A DNA stretch of 64,000 nt from Kiritimatiellia bacterium (GTDB lineage Bacteria; Verrucomicrobiota; Kiritimatiellia; UBA8416; JABMPJ01), in NCBI GenBank assembly GCA_016783675.1, contig JADHWE010000002.1:19690-83689 (forward strand), written 5' to 3'. The notes beneath the pieces were generated by a model that was given only the letters and a program-made list of their open reading frames with translations, did not search any database and was not told the DNA's origin. How positions within the stretch are numbered: the first letter of the stretch is position 1; the number at the start of each line of letters is the position of its first letter. The translations under genes were made by a program, and so were the position numbers. This document shows positions 58,205 through 64,000 of the stretch, piece by piece.

Positions 58205-60463
58205 TTACCAAAGCTTTACTTCCGTTTCGAGGCGCACGCCGAAGCGTTCCTCGACGGTGTCGCGCACGGTTTCGAGGAGCGCCCGCACGTCTGAAGCCGT
58301 CGCATCGCGGCTGGCCGTAATCAGGTTGCCGTGCCGCTCTGAAACCGTTGCCCCGCCGATGGTTAGGCCCTTCAGTCCGGCCTCATCAATCAAACGCCCG
58401 GCGTGATCGTCCGGCGGGTTCTTGAAGATCGATCCCGCCGACTGGAGCCCCTTCATCCAGACGCGTCGTTCGGCAAATTCGGCCCGCTTCTGTGCGCTCT
58501 CCTCGGGCGATCGATCGCCTGGTATCAGAACCGCCTTGATCGCGATCCGCCCCTTCATACCGCCCGTGCGGTAGCCTACTTCCAAATCATGGCCGTGGAC
58601 TATACAGGGGGTGCCGTCGGGGTTCAAACAGTGAATCAACTTGATGCGTTCGGAGACGCTCTCGCCGTGCGCTCCGGCATTCATACCGAGCGCCCCGCCG
58701 ACGGTTCCGGGGATACCTTCCAGGAACGAGAAGTCGCCGAATTCGCACTTTTCCGCCTTGGCCACGAGGCGAGCCAGGGAGACGGCGGGCCCCACCTCTA
58801 CTCCACCCTCGACCTTCTTGATCATGTTGAACGCCACACCGTCAAGCCGGACGACCACGCCCGGCACGCCGCAGTCGCCCACGAGTACGTTGCTGCCGCC
58901 GCCGAGTGTGCGAAAATCCATACCGTAGCGGTTGCACCACTCCAACACCTCGCGTAGCTGGTCGGGGTCGCGCATGCGGCCCCAATACTCCGCGGCCCCG
59001 CCGATCCCAAAAGTCGTGCGCGAGCCCAGCGGCGTGGCGGGTTCGAGGATGGCGGGACGATCGGGCGGCGTATCCAGAGCCTCCACGCCCCAGCACCCCC
59101 CGCAAGCGGCGGCCCACTGCGCCACGCGCTCGACATCGCCCGCTCCGATTACCAGCACCGTATCGCCCGGGCGGGCGACGCGCTGCAGGTGGTACCACGC
59201 CCGTTCGAGCGTGTCCGTCAGGAGCGGCACGGGGACGTCCTCGGCCGCGCGGAAGTGGCGATAGAGCGACCAGACGCGTCCGTCGGCACGGGCCGGCTCC
59301 GAGGCGGCATAGACCGGCACCAGCACGAGTTCATCCACACCCACGAACGCAGAGGGGAAATCGGCGCCCAGGCGGGCAGTACGACTGTAGCGGTGTGGCT
59401 GGAAGACGGCCAGGAGGCGTCCCTTGGTGGGGGGGCAGACGGTGTCGACCACGGCACGAATCTCGGTGGGGTGATGGGCGTAGTCGGAAATGACGCGCAC
59501 ACCGCCGGCGGTGCTCACGCACTCCATGCGACGGGTGGGCAGGCGACGTTGGCTGATGCCCTCCTGGATCTCCTCATGCATGAGCCCGGCCCATTCGCCG
59601 ACCAGCACGGTGGCGATGGCGTTGAGATAGTTATGCGCACCGGCGGCGACGCCCAGCGGGACCACGCCCAGGCGCGGACCGTTGGCAGCGCTGTAGCCGA
59701 TTGCGTCGGACCGGTTGGCCAGCAGGCGGGTGGCATGCGTGTCCTCGTTGCAGTAGATGATGTGTTCGGAGGTCTGGTCGATCACGCGGCGGAAACAGTC
59801 GAGCAACATCGCTTCGTCGGTGTAGTACTCCGCGTGGTCGAACTCGATGCCGGTCACAACGGTCAGGGCAGGATGGTAGGCGGCGAGCGTACCGTCGCTC
59901 TCGTCAGCTTCTACAACCAGCAGGCGCTCTTCATCATGCCCGACCGATGCGACAGCCCCGAGCGCGGTGGACTCCCCCCCGATACACCAGCCCACCTGGC
60001 GACCGGCCGCTCGCAGCATTTGCACGATAAAGGTGGCCGTGGTGGTCTTGCCGTGCGTACCGCATACGGCGACGGTGCGGTAGTTCGTTGCGAAGCGCGC
60101 CACGACATGACCGCGCCGGAACACGGGAATGTTGGCCGCGCGGGCGGCTTCGAGCTCGGGATGGTCGGGCGGCACGGCCGTACTGGCGATGACCCAGTCC
60201 ACATCTTCAGACACGTGCGCAGGGTCATGGCCGCGGCTGACGTCCATGCCGCGATTGGCCAGCGACTTGGCCAGGGGGCCCGGGTTGAGATCGCAGCCGG
60301 AGACGCGGTGCCCTGTCTCCCCAAGTAAAATGGCGAGACCGGCCATGCCGACCCCGCCAATACCGAGCAGGTGCACGGAGCTGCCTTCCTGGGCCAGGCA
60401 GGCGTCGATCTGGTTGGCCTCGCTGTCGATCAGGCCGCCGTTTTCGGTCACGTCAGGCCTCAC
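58205..60463 (-). CDS. murC: MurC-MurB fusion (UDP-MurNAc-L-Ala ligase + UDP-GlcNAc-enolpyruvate reductase)
   Basis: MurC 'GIGGVGM', 'GTHGKTTT', 'EADESD', 'DYAHHPTE', 'FQPHRYSRT'; MurB 'TTFGIGG.A', 'GGGSNVL', 'GIPGTVGGA..MNAGA', 'SAGSIFKNP', 'H.N'. Confidence 0.93.
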   Translation of the reverse strand: MRPDVTENGGLIDSEANQIDACLAQEGSSVHLLGIGGVGMAGLAILLGETGHRVSGCDLNPGPLAKSLANRGMDVSRGHDPAHVSEDVDWVIASTAVPPDHPELEAARAANIPVFRRGHVVARFATNYRTVAVCGTHGKTTTATFIVQMLRAAGRQVGWCIGGESTALGAVASVGHDEERLLVVEADESDGTLAAYHPALTVVTGIEFDHAEYYTDEAMLLDCFRRVIDQTSEHIIYCNEDTHATRLLANRSDAIGYSAANGPRLGVVPLGVAAGAHNYLNAIATVLVGEWAGLMHEEIQEGISQRRLPTRRMECVSTAGGVRVISDYAHHPTEIRAVVDTVCPPTKGRLLAVFQPHRYSRTARLGADFPSAFVGVDELVLVPVYAASEPARADGRVWSLYRHFRAAEDVPVPLLTDTLERAWYHLQRVARPGDTVLVIGAGDVERVAQWAAACGGCWGVEALDTPPDRPAILEPATPLGSRTTFGIGGAAEYWGRMRDPDQLREVLEWCNRYGMDFRTLGGGSNVLVGDCGVPGVVVRLDGVAFNMIKKVEGGVEVGPAVSLARLVAKAEKCEFGDFSFLEGIPGTVGGALGMNAGAHGESVSERIKLIHCLNPDGTPCIVHGHDLEVGYRTGGMKGRIAIKAVLIPGDRSPEESAQKRAEFAERRVWMKGLQSAGSIFKNPPDDHAGRLIDEAGLKGLTIGGATVSERHGNLITASRDATASDVRALLETVRDTVEERFGVRLETEVKLW

Positions 60464-61434
60464 GCATGGGGTTCAACGGTTTCCTTGATCACGTAGACCG
60501 GCTTATCCTGCGATTCATGCCAGGTTCGGATCTGCAGTTCGGCTAGCAGCCCCATGCAGACAAACTGGATACCGCAGAAAATAAGCATGAACGAGGTGAT
60601 CAGCCAGAACGGACGTTTCACAAGCTCGGAGCCGAACTCGGTGCCAAAGAGATGATAGGAGAGATGCCCCAGCACCATGAACGCGAACATGAGCGCGCCG
60701 GGCACTCCGAACCACATGCCGATCTTGCCGAAGATCTGCATCGGGCCTTTGCTGTAGTGCAGGAGGAACTTCACCGTGAAGAGGTCGAGGATCACCTTGA
60801 AGGTGCGCGTGATGCCGTACTTGGACGTTCCGAACTGGCGCGCCTGGTGATTGACGGGCACCTCGGTCACCTTGCCGCCCACCCAGTCGGCGAGGGCGGG
60901 GATGAAGCGGTGCATCTCGCCGTAGAGATGGACGTTCTGCATCACTTCGCGGCGGTAGGCCTTGAGGGTGCAGCCGTAATCGTGGAGGTGGACGCCCGTA
61001 ATCTTGCTAATCAGGCCGTTGGCCAGCATGGAGGGAAGGCGCCGGTTGATGAACGGGTCCTTGCGGTCTTTGCGCCAACCACTGACCACATCATAGCCCT
61101 CGTCCATACGCTTGAGCAGAAGCGGAATATCGGCCGGGTCGTTCTGCAGGTCGGCGTCCAGCGTGACAACGATGTCGCCGCGCGACTCTCGGAAGCCGGC
61201 GCTCATGGCGGCGGTCTGGCCGAAGTTGCGACGGAAGCGGATCAGGCGCAGGCACGGCAGCTTTTGTGCCTCCTCGTTGAGGATTTCCCACGTGCGATCC
61301 GAGCTGCCGTCATCGACCAGTACGATCTCGTACGAGAGCCCCAATCCCGACACCGCCACGTGGATCTTCTCGCATAGCAGCGCCACGCTCTCTTCTTCAT
61401 TATAGACTGGAACAACAACCGAAAGATCCATCAT
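60460..61434 (-). CDS. GT2 polyprenol-phosphate glycosyltransferase (ArnC/GtrB-like)
   Basis: 'SVVVPVYNE', 'VDDGSSD', 'RNFGQTAA', 'LDADLQNDP', 'LYGEMHRFIP', two C-terminal TMs. Confidence 0.92.
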   Translation of the reverse strand: MMDLSVVVPVYNEEESVALLCEKIHVAVSGLGLSYEIVLVDDGSSDRTWEILNEEAQKLPCLRLIRFRRNFGQTAAMSAGFRESRGDIVVTLDADLQNDPADIPLLLKRMDEGYDVVSGWRKDRKDPFINRRLPSMLANGLISKITGVHLHDYGCTLKAYRREVMQNVHLYGEMHRFIPALADWVGGKVTEVPVNHQARQFGTSKYGITRTFKVILDLFTVKFLLHYSKGPMQIFGKIGMWFGVPGALMFAFMVLGHLSYHLFGTEFGSELVKRPFWLITSFMLIFCGIQFVCMGLLAELQIRTWHESQDKPVYVIKETVEPHA

Positions 61435-61516
61435 ACCCCCTTGCGGAAAAGCGTTCCGCAACTCTTAACACACACCCCTTTCCAGCGATAGGATAAAGTG
61501 TGAGGCTTATCCTTCA

Positions 61517-61602
61517 CGGCTCGCTGGGGACAGCTCGCCCTACCTTACCATCGGCAGAGATGTGTCCTTGAACCAGGTAGGGCGATCTCTCCGAGCGAGC
61601 CG
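61517..61602. repeat. GTAG-type REP-like inverted pair
   Basis: cggctcgctggggacagctcgccctacc ... ggtagggcgatctctccgagcgagccg. Confidence 0.7.
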
Positions 61603-61608
61603 CAGTCG

Positions 61609-62391
61609 CTAGCGATCAGGGCATCCCTTCTGCCGTATCATGCGGAGGAGGATGGCTGGGAGGGTGCAGCGGTGGCCGATGGTGCGGCCGCCGGGCGGGA
61701 GGACGCGGAAGCCGCGCATGATGGCGCCGGCCGGGTCTTTTGGATCGAGTTCCCGGTTGAGGAGCGTGGCGTAGCGCCCAGCGTAGCGGGCTTCGTTCTG
61801 GCCGGGCAAGGGGTCGCTTCCCGCCAGCACGCGTGCGCCCGCCTTGATGGCCTGCCGCATGATGCGGCCGCGCGGCCACTCGCGCGGACGCATTGTGGTG
61901 TCGCCCAGCCAGAGGCGTTCGGGCGCGAAATGCTCAACCAGGGCGCGGACGGTGTGCGACCGGCCAAACCACCACTTACCGAAGGCCCACGTCAGCACCG
62001 GAATGCTTCCCGCTGCCAGGATGGCGCGAATCAGGTCGGCCGCCGGAGTATTGTCGGCCAGCTCGAGGTCGCGGCCCAGAACCAGCACTTCCAGCCGCTC
62101 AGCCGTGACGATTTGCCGTCCCGGGAGGATATGGAGCGGTCCTGCCTCCGTTTCGATACGCAACACGATACCGCCCCGGCTCTCGATGGCCTGAACAGCG
62201 AAATCCGTCTCGGGAACCTTACCGGCCGTAGCCCAGTCGGCATAGACATGCTGCCCGGCCCGCTCCGTCAGGCAGATCACCGGCATCGCGGCCGGCGCCA
62301 GGGCCTGGAGTCGGGCGACCGTATCGACCAGGAAACGACCCGCATCGTACTCCGGGTAGATATGAACATGTGTATCAGCCACAATAGGCAT
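61609..62391 (-). CDS. Hypothetical PHP/amidohydrolase-like metal-dependent protein
   Basis: 'ADTHVH', 'LTE', 'GRQIVT.ERLEVL', 'GSDPLP'. Confidence 0.65.
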   Translation of the reverse strand: MPIVADTHVHIYPEYDAGRFLVDTVARLQALAPAAMPVICLTERAGQHVYADWATAGKVPETDFAVQAIESRGGIVLRIETEAGPLHILPGRQIVTAERLEVLVLGRDLELADNTPAADLIRAILAAGSIPVLTWAFGKWWFGRSHTVRALVEHFAPERLWLGDTTMRPREWPRGRIMRQAIKAGARVLAGSDPLPGQNEARYAGRYATLLNRELDPKDPAGAIMRGFRVLPPGGRTIGHRCTLPAILLRMIRQKGCPDR

Positions 62392-62499
62392 AACGGTCGA
62401 AGTATGCCGTGAAGCACTGGTGGTGTAAATGGACATTCGACATTTCTTGACGGCGCGATGCGCATCCGGCACCGTTAGCGCAAATCGAAAGGACGCTCC

Positions 62500-63135
62500 A
62501 TGGAACCTGTTATCGAACCCGGCGCAACTATGCTCTTCCAGGGCGACAGCATTACAGATGCAGGGCGCGGTGCGCTCGACCCGGAGAACCTGGGCGCCGG
62601 TTATGCCATGATGGCCGCGAGTTGGTTTTCGGCTGCCTACCCGGAACACAATGTGCGCTTCATCAACCGCGGCGTCAGCGGCAATCGCGCCGTCGACCTC
62701 GAGCAGCGCTGGGAGCGTGACTGCCTGGACCTAAAACCGGATTGGGTCTCGATTATGATCGGGATCAACGATACCTGGCGCGCCTTCGACAGCAATGACC
62801 CCACGGCCACCGAGGACTACGAATCGGCCTATCGCACTATTCTGACCCAGACGGTCAATCAACTCGGATCGCACCTGGTGCTGATCGAGCCGTTTGTGTT
62901 GCCCTTCCCGGAGGACCGCAAGGCCTGGCGCGAGGACCTTGATCCCCGCATCCAGGTTGTTCGCTCCCTGGCCGACGAATTTGATGCTATCCTGGTGCCG
63001 ATGGACGGCATCATGAATGCCGCCGCCGAGAAGCGCGATCCGGATTTCTGGGCACCCGACGGCGTGCATCCGACACCGGCCGGCCACGCGCTGATCGCGC
63101 AATCCTGGCTGCGCGCGGTGAAGGCCATTGCGTAG
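62500..63135 (+). CDS. SGNH/GDSL hydrolase
   Basis: 'FQGDSITD', 'NRGVSG', 'IGIND', 'DGVHP..AGH'. Confidence 0.93.
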   Translation: MEPVIEPGATMLFQGDSITDAGRGALDPENLGAGYAMMAASWFSAAYPEHNVRFINRGVSGNRAVDLEQRWERDCLDLKPDWVSIMIGINDTWRAFDSNDPTATEDYESAYRTILTQTVNQLGSHLVLIEPFVLPFPEDRKAWREDLDPRIQVVRSLADEFDAILVPMDGIMNAAAEKRDPDFWAPDGVHPTPAGHALIAQSWLRAVKAIA

Positions 63136-63147
63136 AGGAGACTGCTG

Positions 63148-64000
63148 TTGAAGATACTGTTGCTGGCACCGCATCCGTTCTACCAGGAACGCGGTACGCC
63201 CATTGCCGTGCGCCTGCTGGCGGAGACGCTGGCGGAAGACGGGCACACGGTTGATCTGCTCTGCTATCACGAAGGCGATGACATCGAGATCCATCCGCGC
63301 GTAACGGTCCACCGCAGTCCGGCCCCACCGGGGGTACATGGGATCAAGCCGGGCTTCACGGTGAAGAAGCTCTTCTGTGACGCCTGGATGGCGCCGGCAG
63401 CCATGCGCATGGCGCGACAGAGACAATACGATGTGGTTCACGCCGTCGAGGAATCGGTCTTCATGGCCATGCGGATCCGCAAGCGCACAGGTCTCCCCTA
63501 CGTGTTCGACATGGACTCCTCCATGCCGCGCCAGATCGTGGAGAAGCTCCCGTGGATGCGTCCGGTGCTGGGTTCGATGTGCGCACTGGAGCGGCGCGCT
63601 ATCCGTCATGCGGCGGCCGTGGTGCCGGTCTGCGACTACCTGGCCGATATTGCGCGCGAGAGCGGGGCCAGGGAGATTGCGATCCTGCGCGATGTCCCGA
63701 TGGGCGCTGAGCCGGATGCAGCGACAGATGTCACGTCGCTGGACCTGCCGCAACTGGAGGGCCCTCTTTTCCTCTATGTAGGCAACCTCGAGCGCTACCA
63801 GGGCATTGACCTGATGATCGAGGCCTTTACCCGGCACTGTTCCTGCGGTGGAGCAGGATCCCTGCTCATCGTCGGGGGGGCGGCGGGTGACGTGGAGGCC
63901 TACCGAAAGAAAGCACTGCAACTCGACAGTGCCGGTCGCATCGTCCTCGCCGGTCCGCGCCCGGTCGCCCAACTCCCGCTCCTGCTGAAGCAGGCCGACA
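63148..64000 (+). CDS. GT4 family glycosyltransferase, partial (runs off window)
   Basis: Manual translation from TTG 63148 after GAGGAG: MKILLLAPHPFYQERGTPIAV..., 'YDVVHA', 'LYVGNLERYQGIDL'. Confidence 0.85.
   Translation, partial: MKILLLAPHPFYQERGTPIAVRLLAETLAEDGHTVDLLCYHEGDDIEIHPRVTVHRSPAPPGVHGIKPGFTVKKLFCDAWMAPAAMRMARQRQYDVVHAVEESVFMAMRIRKRTGLPYVFDMDSSMPRQIVEKLPWMRPVLGSMCALERRAIRHAAAVVPVCDYLADIARESGAREIAILRDVPMGAEPDAATDVTSLDLPQLEGPLFLYVGNLERYQGIDLMIEAFTRHCSCGGAGSLLIVGGAAGDVEAYRKKALQLDSAGRIVLAGPRPVAQLPLLLKQAD

Overview
GC-rich bacterial chromosome segment, probably from the PVC superphylum (Kiritimatiellota/Verrucomicrobiota-like; inferred from the murC-murB fusion, divergent FtsZ and gene style). 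No prophage, transposase or CRISPR is visible. Left to right it contains: a type IVa pilus operon (pilT, pilQ with an in-frame TAG, pilB, pilC, pilA, pilMNO); a TPR-PgaB fusion with eroded catalytic motifs; Ldh2 and PabB-PabC genes; a Slam/DUF560 + FecR + CHASE2 adenylate cyclase triad; a Na+/H+-type membrane pyrophosphatase with a probable Na+ riboswitch; phnP, an UpxY/RfaH-like gene and ruvAB; an ion-transport block (trkA, trkH, cation-chloride cotransporter, corA); tRNA-Phe. A ~27 kb co-directional minus-strand run then covers GT2, murC-murB, ddl, ftsQAZ, a type II secretion cluster (gspEFGHIJKLMD), rplM-rpsI, a DEAD-box helicase and argJBDG. The most unusual signal is a set of small palindromic REP/MITE-like repeats. 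Three different ones sit in frame inside the cleavable leader peptides of three consecutive pseudopilins, and a fourth probably sits in a Sec signal peptide. One repeat family is a branched structure whose stems covary between copies.
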